From assembly GCA_010093815.1 (NCBI GenBank), contig ML996574.1: a stretch of DNA of 64,000 nucleotides. The stretch is one strand, 5' to 3'. The stretch comes from Pseudovirgaria hyperparasitica (lineage: Eukaryota). Shown piece by piece: positions 11,393 through 23,536 of this stretch; the first letter of the stretch is position 1, and the number at the start of each line of letters is the position of its first letter. The notes below the pieces were generated by a model. The model had not been told where the DNA came from, ran no database searches, and saw only the letters and a program-made list of their open reading frames with translations. A program made the position numbers and the translations under genes.

Positions 11393-12626
11393 TCATTGGC
11401 CTTTGGGAGGCTTTACCAGATTCATATGCCACTTCATCCTCTCGATAGCTTCGCGCATGGCCTCGTCACGATCAGGCTGAAAAGATATGGCATCCTTCAT
11501 TCCACCAACAGCCTTCTTGAGCTCTTCAGGAGCGTTATCCACACCCAGCCTTGCTATCATCGTCTCTGCCTCATGCAATCTGATTCTAGCATCCATAATC
11601 TGGCCCCAATAGTGATCCATCGCACCCATATATCCTGTGTGCGATAACGGCACCGGTAGCTTGTCTTTGTTCCACTCAATGATACCGAAAGAATCTGACA
11701 TAGCCTTCCATCGAGCACCCTCAAGCTCTGGCGGGAATACTATACACAGCGACCCGAGATCGCCGTGAAAGACAAGATCGTCGCCAATCTTGTTGTTGTA
11801 CCACTCGATATTCTGGTAAAAAACCGAGTCTCGAAAGCCAGTATCATTGAGCGCTGTTGCCATGGCTTGGGCGTCAATGTTCGCTAGTAGATCCATGTTC
11901 GTATCTGTGAATGGAGTTGCCATAGCCTTGACCAGGAATCTGATTGACCAAGGAGAGACCTTTATGAAGAATGAAGTGGTGTTCAGGGCGCCTTGTGTAT
12001 GTGTCGCGAGGAAAGATGTTTGCGCAAATTGCTCGTGGGGAGGAGGAAGAAATATATCCAAAGGAATTGCAGGATTAATTATAATTATGGCTGGGTCGAC
12101 CCACCTGTCCAAAGCACTATTAGCATGACAGCGCAGCTGAGGATCGTCACATACCAGATCCAGTCAAGTCGTCCCTCAAGGTCTTTTTGGAGCTCATTTG
12201 CTATAATTGTTTGCAGATGCAAGAGCTTATTCCAATACCCTTCGGTGATCTGATGGCGCAAAACGAACATGTCGTAGCCGTGTAACTCATTATGGGGCGT
12301 ATGGCTCTCGATAGCGCGTTCGTACATCTCGTTGTATGGCCCATAAAGCATCGAGGCCTTGCCAATCTTCAACTTTGCCCCAGGGCGATCTCTTGGGAAC
12401 AGCTCTGGCAGAGGCGCATGGTGGTGAAGACTTTTGCTCAGAATGAATATGAAGGATACGAGTATCGTTATGGAGAGAATAATGCGCGTCTTAAGAGGAG
12501 TTAGCAGTGCGCTAGATCTGATTCTTGCATCTATCGCGTACAGGCTTGATGCGTACTACTATAATATCAGCACTGTCAAACCCCGGACCTGTGGTAGAAC
12601 GTACTCCTGTTGTTCGACACTAACAT
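11393..12626 (-). CDS. Glycosyltransferase family 34 (GMA12/MNN10-like) type II membrane protein (~361 aa, 4 exons)
   Basis: Exons 12626-12605, 12558-12542, 12489-12155, 12104-11393 give a continuous frame MLVSNNRIVRIKPTRIILSITILVSFIFILSK (signal anchor)...KIGKASMLYG...YERAIESH...HGY...GYWNK...LDWIWWVDPAIIIINPAIPLDIFLPP...FFIKVSPWS. Confidence 0.8.
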
Positions 12627-13618
12627 CTTCACTTAGGTAGTTCGGCCCGATTCTTCAAGAACTTGACTTGCCAAATGCATAGCTACCACCAGGTGAAATC
12701 CAAGGATTGAACGCGGAGGTGTTCAGCGAGCGAGGCTGATAGCTTCTCGCATTGCGCAGGTCGGAGGACGTCTGAATAGATGCGATTCTATGCTGCGCTG
12801 GCCAGAGGAGGTAATTAGCCCGCGTATGGAGGCGTCTAAGGACTCCCGTCTAAACTCTGTTGAGCCCGGTGTGCAAGATGCCGACATAAGGAAGCTTGCC
12901 GAGTCTCCGGTCCCAGCCCAGCTACGAGTAATTACGGGCAGCAGAAGTCCGAGTCCGAGTCTGAGTCCCTCACATGAATGGGCTGTCAACAACCATAACC
13001 CGATCAATGGACACGAATATTAGACCTGGTTGTCATAGATGTTGGCCACCGTGACCCGCTGAACGATCAACATAACGATCGCGTCTTCCTTCTTTGTCTT
13101 GCGGTAATTTCGTCTTCGCAAGTATCCACGCCGGCGATCATCCATGATCCATTGTCGCCATTCAACACGGGGCCCTGCTGGACTTTCTGCTTGATTTACT
13201 GCACCGCGTTACTATTCTGGAAGACTTGGTCGTTCTCAACTTGTTGTTGGAAGACAATATTTTTACATCAACATTGTCCTTACTAGTAGTCTTGTTCTTG
13301 TTTTGGCCTTGGCGCCGAATGTCTTTCCGCCAGAGACGACAGGGCCTCGATGGCGGAAAGACATCCGGATTCGGCGCTGAAAGTGCCAGCACAGCTACCG
13401 ACTAGCAGTTGACTGTAATCGGTAGGATACACTTATATCATACTGCATGATATACATTTTGTACAATCTCATACAGATACACTGAGGCTCGTTAACACGG
13501 CTTAGGAAAGTCTTGAGAGTAGCATATTTGCGGAAGAGGTGGGATTGCGTTATGTACCGTAAATCGTACTAATCCATGGATCAATGCTCAAGGGGGTACC
13601 GAGTCACACACGCGAGAT

Positions 13619-13670
13619 AGAACGAACACGACTGTGAGAGCAACAGAACGAACAAGACTGTGAAAGCAAC
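13619..13670. repeat. 26-bp imperfect tandem duplication
   Basis: AGAACGAACACGACTGTGAGAGCAAC / AGAACGAACAAGACTGTGAAAGCAAC (2 mismatches). Confidence 0.85.
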
Positions 13671-14767
13671 AAGATTAAGAAAGACGAACAACGTAATACA
13701 ACGTACGTAAAATTCGAGCTACAAGAGAAAGACAGAGAAAGTTTGCATTACTAGGATACTCGTGCCATTTCCAGTCGGTACCTTCTCTACTATCATGTCA
13801 ACACTAAGAGCACCATCTCGGCCCGCGCACCAAGTCGTGCATCATCATGCCATTCTACCAGCTCATTTTGCCTCTACACGTCAAGCAATCTCGAAGACAG
13901 TTTTGGCTAAAAAACTCGGAAGCTCTCGAGGTCATGTATCGCATTTTCGCTCTCCTGAGTTGTCATCGCATCAATACGAACCTGGACACCAACCCTACGA
14001 GCACCTACACGTGCACCTACCTTGAGCAATGAAATAGTCACGATGTTGCTTGGTCTCGCTGCGTATTACAATCTGTTCTCTGAAGTGCTGCAATGTTGGA
14101 CATTGTTGGTTGATGAGTTTCACTGTTTCACAGGTCCCGGTGCAGGGGTTAACAGCTTTTAAGATAGCCACTGATAAGGGTACTGGACGTGGAAACGATG
14201 TTAGGTATGACGATATGTATTCCGTGGGTTTGTGTCAAAGCTTGTGCGGTGTCGTCGTTCTAATACATTGGAGCTGTGTAAGACTGACCCCGGCAAAACT
14301 TATGTTAGATTCGAACGTCCAGCACATGTAGATCTAGTTGCAAGTAACTACAGCATCACGACTCCCCAGTAATCTTAATAGAACATTCTCGATTTGTTGA
14401 CCCATGCCTGTAGAAAGCAGCGCCTGTTACGCGCCTGGAGCCGCCATTGGAATGGAAGACTCATCTTGAAAACATTGATAGTTGTCGCGGACTTGTTGTA
14501 CGGAATACAAACAAATATAGACATCTTGAGACAGACTTCCGAAGGTCTTGGCAGAGAGTTGAACATCCACCTGTGGAATCCAATACACAGTCGCCATACT
14601 TGGCGGTGGCTTGACAGCATAGGTAGGCGCCAGCTGAAGCTCAACCTCTTTTCCTTCCACAACGAACCACGCAACGCAGAAGCCGCCAATTTCTATGTTA
14701 TCATGAGCAACGCTAGGGAAGATTCCCATCAATACAGGACATAAGCTGCACCCCTTCTTGCACCATC

Positions 14768-16771
14768 ATGGCCAGCCAAGACTCGGTCTATCGTCCACTA
14801 CCAAAAGGTGTAGATGCAATTCGCATTCTCACTGTCAAACCAGAACAATTCCCGGCTCCATTGAACTGTGAACTGAGAGTCGCAGCCTTCAGCGAGCGCC
14901 CGAAATATGCTGCTCTTTCCTATACTTGGGGTGATTCTCACAGTGAGAGCTTCAGTGCGTTTAGAAAACTTAAAGTCTCAATACAAGGACGCCATTGGAA
15001 CTTGGCTCATAGAGTCGAATATGTGGAACTGGGTACGATAACTATCAATGGAATGGATGTTCCCGTTCAAAATAACGTGAATATTGCGTTGCGCCATCTT
15101 CGGTCTGCGACCCAGCCTTTATCGCTCTGGGTCGATGCAGTTTGTATCAATCAGGGCGATGTTGCGGAGGTAAACGCGCAGGTTGCTATGATGTCTTTCA
15201 TATACACGCGAGCCGTGAAAGTAGCTGCTTGGATAGGGTTTCCAACGTCGGACTGGCAAATCTCAGCCAGAGAATGGTCCAGCGGACAGACACGTGCGTT
15301 CTCGGACGTAATTGCTGGAAATGCGAAACGATTTATGTGGTCTGCGGAACCGGATCATAATGAGCTCACACGCATCGCCGAAAGTGCATACTGGACCAGG
15401 CTATGGATCGTACAGGAGATGTGTCTGGCTGCGGACGTGGTATTCGTGTACGGAGCAAAGATTTGGAGCTTTGAACATATCAAAGCTTGGGCATCGATGA
15501 GATCAGCACAGGTGCTGAAAGAGCATTCCAAGTCGATCATAAAGGTTGATCAAGTAAATGTCTTTGCAACGATGCTAGATTGTATCACAGCTCGAAATCA
15601 ACGTTTCAGTGAAGACATGCAATTGGAGCAACTGGTAGAGCGATTCTCTAAATGTTCATGCTCGGAACCACGGGATAGAGTATATGGCCTCATGGGCCTT
15701 GCCAATGATACAAAGTCGTCTGCACAGCCCCATACTACGCGCAAGACACCAAGCGAAAGCACCCCCGATCCGGATGGGTGGGATGATCCTGGCGATATGA
15801 CAATTCAGATCGACTATACGCGATCTTTCTTCGATATCTGGAAAGATGTTATACATCACAGATTGGCACAAGGCCCCGGGGGAAGTCGTTATTACTCGAA
15901 CCCAAAGGCAGAACGTCATATGAGTCTTGTCAGATTCGCTGGTGTGGTGCAAGCAGCTCTGAATGGAAAAGTTGAAGAGGAACTCAGAACAGGGGGTACT
16001 TCAATATCCCAAGACCTTGTAAGTAATCTTCATGCTGGAGACTGGTCCTATAGCTCATGATTCTGAAAGATTCATGCCCCATTAAATATCCGAGTCCTTG
16101 GATTTGTATGCAGCACAATTGCTCATATAGACACTTCGCATTCCTCTCTTTTTGGCTCTTTTAGTGCGCAACAGGCCTGGCATGGAAGCTGGACACGACT
16201 TCAGCGTGAGATGCACAGATGGGATCTCGTCACTCTCCGAGAGAAGGATCGAGGATATATGTCGAAGATATGTGAATACACTGACGACGATCTTGGAAGA
16301 ATAAGGGATATTTCCAGTCCTCGAGTACTAGCTTGGCCATGGAAAGAGGAAAATCCAATCGATTGTGGGAATGACACGAGAAGTAGTCCCGCACAAGGAC
16401 TCGATGAGGAGCCGAGAATCTGTTTGGGCACCAATAATTTCATCGGTCTAGCACCCCGATCAGCGAAAGTTGGCGATGTCATTGTCCGGTTCATCAATTG
16501 TAATGCGGCACTCGTGATGAGGCGTCTTTCAGCTAGAAAAAGGAAAAAGTCAGAGAGCTTACCATCAACCATTGGCAAGTCGTATACTCTGATCGGACGA
16601 GCAGATGTAGCAAGTAAGGTCAATGCAGAATTGTCTGCTGCCCCTGAAAGTCCTGCTCAGATGATGGGTAAGAGCACTGATCTACTGTACGTAGACCTCA
16701 ACTTCCACTTACTGCAACTTATAACGGCCGGTATTTCGACCAAAGCCGAATTCAAGCCTCGAGAAGCTTGA
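14768..16771 (+). CDS. Heterokaryon incompatibility (HET-domain, PF06985-like) protein (~650 aa, 2 exons)
   Basis: HET motifs YRPL...IRIL, YAALSYTWG, LWVDAVCINQ, QVAMMSFIYTRA, YWTRLWIVQE, CSEPRDRVYGLMGL, IDY. Intron 16019-16069 (GTAAGT...AAG) joins in frame to the 16211-16771 ORF, which has the HET-6-like C-terminal IGLAP...KVGDVI...LVMR...YTLIG. Confidence 0.9.
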
Positions 16772-17148
16772 AGATTGGTTCTCTGGTGTTTGATAACATG
16801 ACCAAGAATGAGGAAAAGTTGGAAGATAGATGCAAAGTTACAATTCGCTCTTCGGAAGTTTCCAACACATAGTTCACTGATCGATTTCGAAACCAGTCCA
16901 TTAGACTCGTTCATCTCAAGCGTCACTGCTAGGCTTATTACGGGCGTAACGTATTCCATAATGGCTGGTACGTGCCGTAGCCTTGCACATAATACGAGCT
17001 CAAAGAGCATGTCAAGACTAGGGTCATGATGGCAGCCCAGAAGTTCCATCACTGCACAAAGACTTTGCCCCTTGAATGAGCTTTGCTGTATTCTCGGCTC
17101 CTACGAAAAGCCTTCAGAAGTCTTCATTTCCTTTCTCTCTGCCTAAAC

Positions 17149-18971
17149 CTATTCTTTTGCGTCTGTCTCTCGTGTTTCATCGCTATCCGACGCAACTGCC
17201 ACATCCAACGTAGTCTTTGGTCCTGTGAACCATTTCCTTGCGCTCAAAAAATAGTATGCAAGGCTTCCACCCCATACCGCCGAATTCACCACCACTGCAT
17301 AATTCATGCTCGCTGGTTCCGGATTTGGGCTTCCCACCGGGAACATGCTCAGACAAATTCCAAAAATCAGAAACACGATCGCAGTCCATCCAATCGCGTT
17401 ACTGAACCTACCAGTATGGAAAAAGCCTGGCCTAAACTTCTGCTGTCCCCAAACAAGCCTGCAGAATATCGGCAGGCCCCAGGCAAGATTATTCCCGGAG
17501 ACGCAAAGACTGAATAGCGCCGACGCAGCAACTGGTGCAATCAAGCAGATCAGGCCAAGAACCAGCCCTGCAATCGCACATCCCCAGACCGTCCTTAGTG
17601 GAATGTATCCCAATCGCGTCGAGATCGGCCTGAAGAACGAACTGAATGGTAATGCACCATCTCTCGAAAATGCCCAACTCTGTCTTGATGCAGCGACGAG
17701 AATACTCAACCCCATTAGAAACTGCACAATCATTAGGAAGCTCATCATTCCCATTGCCCCCCTCTTCCCAAGCGCATCGTAGTAGATCTGCGCCATTGGC
17801 TGCCCATAGCTCGTTCCAACAACCGAGACAAGGTCCTGGCTCATGCATGTCGCAATCACAATGCACAAGATCCAACCAAACAGCCAACAGCATCCAATTG
17901 ACATGAGAATCCCGTATGGCACGGCTTTGGGTGCATTTGATGCTTCCTCACTGATATGCACACAGCTGTCAAACGCGCCAATCGTCCAAATCGGACTCAT
18001 CCAACTCAACATAAATGCCCATCCACTTGGCCAACTTGTCAGATTATCAGTATGCGTGAAAACCCACTTTGCGGCATTCCTCTCACTCCATCTCCCGACC
18101 GGCAGCACAACAATTGTGGCCAATATCAAGGCGAAGTTTACAACCACAAATACGGTCTGCAGTTTACCCATGACTTTGGAAAGCGTGGACGCAAGGATAG
18201 CGTGACAGAGTATGCAGACCGTAAAAACCGCATAAACAGTGGAGTTAGACGGCACCCACTCACCGTCGCGCGCAATGACGATGACGGACAGGAACATGAG
18301 AGCAAAGCCGTACTCAACGGAACATAGGCCGCCAATCAGACCAAGAGTATTGCTGTAGCCGACGAGAAAGGAAAGGGGGTTGCGGGTCTTGGGGGATGCG
18401 AAGTAGTGAGTCCACCTGATGTACGATTAGATGTGTATCTTGAAGAAGGGTTTCAGGAGAAAATAGAAGGAGCGCACCAGTAAAGACCACCTGCGGTTGG
18501 CATAGCAGAGCCGAGATCTGCCATTGCGAGGCCGACAACGAAGATGAACATACTTGAGAGAAACCAGCCCTGGGAGGATGTAAGCAGTCGAAATATCTGG
18601 CGTCTGGATCGTGAACGACACACCCAGACGAGTCCTACAGGCCCGGCTGAAATTGAGTAGGACAAGGTGCTTGCGATGGACGGCACAAGACCCATAATGG
18701 AGAACGCAATACCTATGGATTCTTCAGCGGATCTGACAAGAAGTGTCGGACTCTTCAATCACATACCGAAGACCTCTATCATTTTGAAGTTGCGTCGAAG
18801 CTCTTGCTTGTACCCCATACCAGCTTTTCAGCGTCAGAAGTGTCCATTACTACTAGTCGTAATCTTACCAAGCACAACAGTATCGCCGTCACTGATCAGA
18901 CCTTTGTTCACAGGCATTGAGACCACGGAGGCTTTCTGGCCCTCGATATCTCGATACACCTTCTCAGTCAT
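17149..18971 (-). CDS. APC-family amino acid permease, GABA permease (UGA4)-like (5 exons)
   Basis: ATG 18971; four short introns link MGYKQELRRNF...EVFGIAFSIMGL...GPVGLVWGW...MADLGSAMPTAGGLYWWTHYFA to the long final exon with AFDSCVHISEEASNA, SRQSWAFSRDGALPFS and MNYAVVV; about 12 hydrophobic segments. Confidence 0.9.
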
Positions 18972-19544
18972 GACTCAAAGTACAACAGACTAATGGAGAG
19001 ATTGCGTCACTTGGATGGAGTAAGGCTCGGCGATGAGATGCGGAAGCTAATTAGTAGAGCAAGCTAAGTAGTACATATCTAGTCGTGAGGTTTCAAAGCA
19101 TGTCACGGACGAGTGAAAAAAGACGCAATGCTCAGACCGCATCTTGTCTTCCCGTAATGGCGGGAAAGAATTCACTCAACCTCGATGAGTATTGGATTAC
19201 CGACTAATTGATAAACATTCGCGTCTTCACGCTTGTCAGATGGGAGAAAGCCATGGTCTACTTGGATGCTGTGAAAAGGGTATACATCAAACGAGCTGGG
19301 CTTCGTGTACTAGCTTAACAGCAACAGCGAAAACGTCAACTGTGTTGGCTTCGGCGGCGGGTCGACGAGGAATGAAAGTCCACATGCTAGCTACCCGAGT
19401 CACCTGCAAATCGTAGTCGTCATCGTGGAGCTTTCATCTGTTGATTGCCCGCTTCTCCATAAGGCTAAGACCCGACCCACCTTTCACCCAGTTCTGGTAG
19501 TCCTGACCAGGGCTTCACGTTGCACCTCAAAGACATCAGATCAA

Positions 19545-19588
19545 TTCCAGAACTGGTGATCATATGTTCCAGAACTGGTGATCATATG
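19545..19588. repeat. Perfect 22-bp tandem duplication
   Basis: TTCCAGAACTGGTGATCATATG x2, just 3' of the Vps3-like stop codon. Confidence 0.9.
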
Positions 19589-19617
19589 ATACTGTCTCAA
19601 GCCAGAGTATCATCTAA

Positions 19618-22600
19618 TCACTTCACCGTTTCCAGAGTAGGTTTCTCCGCTTCGGTCTTTTCTATCAGATCAGCACTTGACCTTAGATTGACCGCCCCGT
19701 TGAGTGCCTTAACAACTTCGCTCTCGTGTCTATCTCGCACTAATTCTCGTAGTGCACTGACAAGGAAGCCCCCAAATATTTCCACGGACCATTCGTCCGG
19801 CACCTGGCTCAGGACATCCATGACATCGAACCAGCCACCAAATCTTTCGAGCAGTTCGCCTGTGCGTTCAATACGTTCCCCAAGATCCTCGATTTTTAGG
19901 AACTCTGCGAGTAGGACCTTAAACAATCGGCCCTGCTCCTCCCGAGATGGCATGGCATTGTCAGGTACATATCCTAGTGAGGGTCGGAAGATGGATGACC
20001 CTCCGAGAAGACAATAGTTCACTGCGGTATCGAAGTCGCCAAGGCCGTGGGTAAGCAGGCGGATGGCCGAGTCGTGCTCTCCTTGTCGACCCGAGAGAAC
20101 AATCATCTCCGGTACTAGCTCGTTCTCGTAGGCTTTCAGTCGAGACATAACATTTACAACATCGTAGTCTGCAACAGCAGAGCCTGTGGCGCTGCCGAGT
20201 AGTTGTAGAAGGCGCAATCGATTGTCCCACCACTCCACACCCAGCGAGTTTTCTGTAATAAATTGTCGATATGTGGGTTTGTGGGGACGAAGGGCTCTAT
20301 ATGTCTCATAGGTCTGGAGGAGAATGGTCCGTGTTTCGGGTGAGGATGAGAGCTGCTCAATCACCGAGTCCAAGTAGAAGCCGATAAGGTCATTGGCGTA
20401 CTTCGAGAGTTTTTTCCCGAACACGAGGTACTCAAGGTACTCTTTCACTGCACCCGGAGCCCTGGCTTTGAGTATCTCAACCGCACGCGCAGGCTCGAAC
20501 TTTACTCTCGCATTGTCATCGGCGAATAGCTCCACCCCGAGCTTCGGGTTTCGGTTCGCTAGCCACGTTCCGTATTCTTCCATAAGTGCCGGATCGCGGA
20601 CTTCAGCTAGATGCTTCCGCATTCGAATTTCTCCATCAGCAAACTCTCCACCTTCATCGTTCTCGCCTTCGAGAATACGTCTCCATGTCTCGAGTACTTT
20701 GCCTACCAATCTCTTACTCATGTAAAGCCGACTGAGCAGGAAAAGGCGCTGATATTGTTCAAGTAGCTCCACAGCCCGTTCGAAACAATCTACACCACCG
20801 TCGAGTAAGCTATTAAGCTCTTTCCGCAAATTTGCATTGGTGGATGGACCATGTGTGCTGTGTCTATCCAAGAGAAGCAAAATGTGCAGGAGAGCAGCGT
20901 CCACGGTCTGGAAAACTTCCTTATCGTCTGCAATACTGGCCATGCCTTTCTTCTGCCTCCATAGACCCAGATAGCGTCTTATGAGCTGAAGTAAATTGTC
21001 ACCAAAAGGGCTTTTGGGGTCTCGGGAGATCTTCGTGACATCATACTGCCCTAGAAAGGCTTCAATGGTACTCTTGAGACCTCCTAGTATCGAGATTCCG
21101 CTTGGCCCTTGCACTACCTCGTCTTTAAATTGTGGCAACAGAGCGAGAATGATACGGGGGTCAACCTCGCCTTGAATCAAGGCTTCTTCGGTCGATCTTT
21201 TGTCCTTTTCAAAGACTAGGACGTCTGAGATTGTGCGAATTATGAGGTCCATGAACAATAACAAAGATGCTTTCTGTCGAATATATCCAAGACCCAGATA
21301 GTCGACTTCAGTCCAGCCCTGAAGCCCGTGCAGATCGTTTAGTAAAAGTTCGATCTGCTCTCGGTTGGGCACCATCTTTGAGTCAGCAGTTTCTGAGTGT
21401 TGCGCGTTGTAGAGCCTAGCATCGAGTTTCAGGATCATTGGGTTTCTGACGATCCACCATACATTATTACTAGACCAGAGCACACTCCGAGCCTGCCATT
21501 GAGATAATCGCTCAGCATACTGCTTTGCACCCTGGTCATCTGACTTGAGCGATGACGACCGCACCGGTACCAGCTTTTCACTGGTCAATCCACGCAGATC
21601 CATTTGCCTAGGTGTCAGTTTCTGTCCCAGCTCTGGTAAAATCAGGCCCGTCTTGACAACCATACTTGACATGCCTGCTGATATATTTGGATGTGAGGTG
21701 TCATTGACCGTTGAAATGTCGATCCATTCTTTCAGGGATGCGCTTTCTCCTGGTTCCGTGTCCCAGCGTTGTACTTCAACACAGACTTTGTGCTGTTCAT
21801 CTTTGAACAAGTACACCATGGCCAGGACATAACCTTCTTCAGGTGTCTCGCCTGGGCCCATAGAACTACTAGGATCAATGCCTCTGCCATCCGAAATAAT
21901 ACTAATTGGGTAAGAGCTGAATTCCATTGTACCACGTGAGGGATCACCATCAAGATTGACGAACGACCCTACGCCTCTATCCTCAGGAGTTGTTCCAGTA
22001 GTGAGGAGAAACTCATTTGGTGTCGGTGAGATGATGTGAGGCATCAATGGGACGAACTTCTTCAACGGCTCGGGGGGTGTGACTGATATAGGCTCTGACT
22101 CTGGATGATGTTCTACCGGGCGTGCTGGAAGAGGCTTATCTGATCCCTCTGGACCGGGGGCCGGAGTCGCACCTCTTTCTGGTGATCTATCGTCTGGGGT
22201 TGGTACTGGAAATGGCGAGCGGGATCTTGAAAAAAAGTCGGGCGCATCGAAAGCATATCTCGACTGACTCCCTGGCCGCGGGCTTTCTAATTTCCGTTGG
22301 TCTCCAAAAATGCCCAGACTTGTGCTTCGGCCATGAGTTCGACCTTCAGGCTGTCCCCGGGCTGGTAACCCTTGGGTAGATGCCATGCTCTTCGATGGCG
22401 TATGGTGCCCTGAGCTTGTCGAAATATCCTGAGTTGGGCCGGCGACAATTCCACTAGCTTCCTCGTCCAGTGTCGATATAGGAAATAGTGGAACCTTCTG
22501 TTGCTGATCAACATCTAGCAAGGCATAGGAGTGTTGATCTGCTGCGCAGGCGATGTCACCACGCCTTCTTGTTACCAAGCAACCGCCGTACTGGACGCTT

Positions 22601-23227
22601 TTCTTACTCCTCGGGCCTTCTTCAGTCACTCTGACCATGCGCAGGTTGTTTTTCTGGGCCATAAGAATGGCCATACTATCTTCGTTATCCTCATCATCTT
22701 CTTCGAGATTTTGATCTACGCCTCCGACATGTGTACAGGCGATGGGTTTGGTGCTTGGGAATGCGGGACTCAGTTCGGGAAGTGAGTAGAATGTCAATGT
22801 GTTGTTACAGATTATGCAGGCTTTATTGACCTTCGGAAGAAGAAGAATCTGTTGTATACCGGCTTTCAGGTCTTGTGCATAGGCTGGCTGTTGCCTTGAA
22901 GCCAGCATCGGCGTGGGTTCATCTGAGGCATCATCGGGTTCGGCCGGGATAAGGACGAAATGAAGGATTTCTGCAGCGGATGTGCCAATATACAGATTCT
23001 CGTCTGCAAGAAGGATCAGTTTTGATACTTGACTGATATCTCTTATGACTGCAGTTCCATGGTTGCGACTCACTGTAAACTTCTACGCAGGTGATTCTGA
23101 TGTCTGACGTCTGCCCATCTGCGGAGAGCGGGACGTCAGATATGAGCTTGCGCAAGACGAAGGTGCCGTCTTCATGCCTATGTATAACATCATGAACTAA
23201 GCTCTGTCGCGCCGGTGAACTTGCCAT
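19618..23227 (-). CDS. TGFBRAP1/Vps3/Vps39-family vesicle tethering subunit (CNH domain + alpha-solenoid; ~1179 aa, 2 exons)
   Basis: Exons 23227-23074 and 23003-19618. CNH-like N-terminus ITCVEVYNENLYIGTS...ILLLPKVNKACIICNNTLTFYSLPEL; Vps39-like VDAALLHILL, YLEYLVF, LSGRQGEHDSAIRLLTHGLGDFDTAVNYC, VLSQVPDEWS. Confidence 0.85.
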
Positions 23228-23536
23228 AGCTCACCAGGCATAGCATGGTCGTGGCTGGTCGTAAAAGTTAGGAGATGTACGAGGTGCCCAACACACTTTG
23301 AGGCTTGAGGAGCGGGTGGTCCGAGCACTTCCGCCCCGTCTAAGCCACCCATCCATAGCGAGGAGTGTCCTCTTCGATGGATTCATAGCTGCGCAAGCAG
23401 AACTTGAAGCGCAAAGCATTGAGCAGGCCATTGCAACCCGCTGAAACTGTAGGTCAATGATGTTGCAATCTGTGTACTTTACGCCATAGACCAGGGTTTC
23501 ATGCCAACGCGCCATCCAAATACCAAGGGCACCAAC

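Noticed and set aside
14375..14744. Three overlapping ~100-aa ORFs just upstream of the HET gene as a partner or antitoxin gene
   Set aside because: They overlap on both strands, leave almost no promoter space and carry no recognisable motif.
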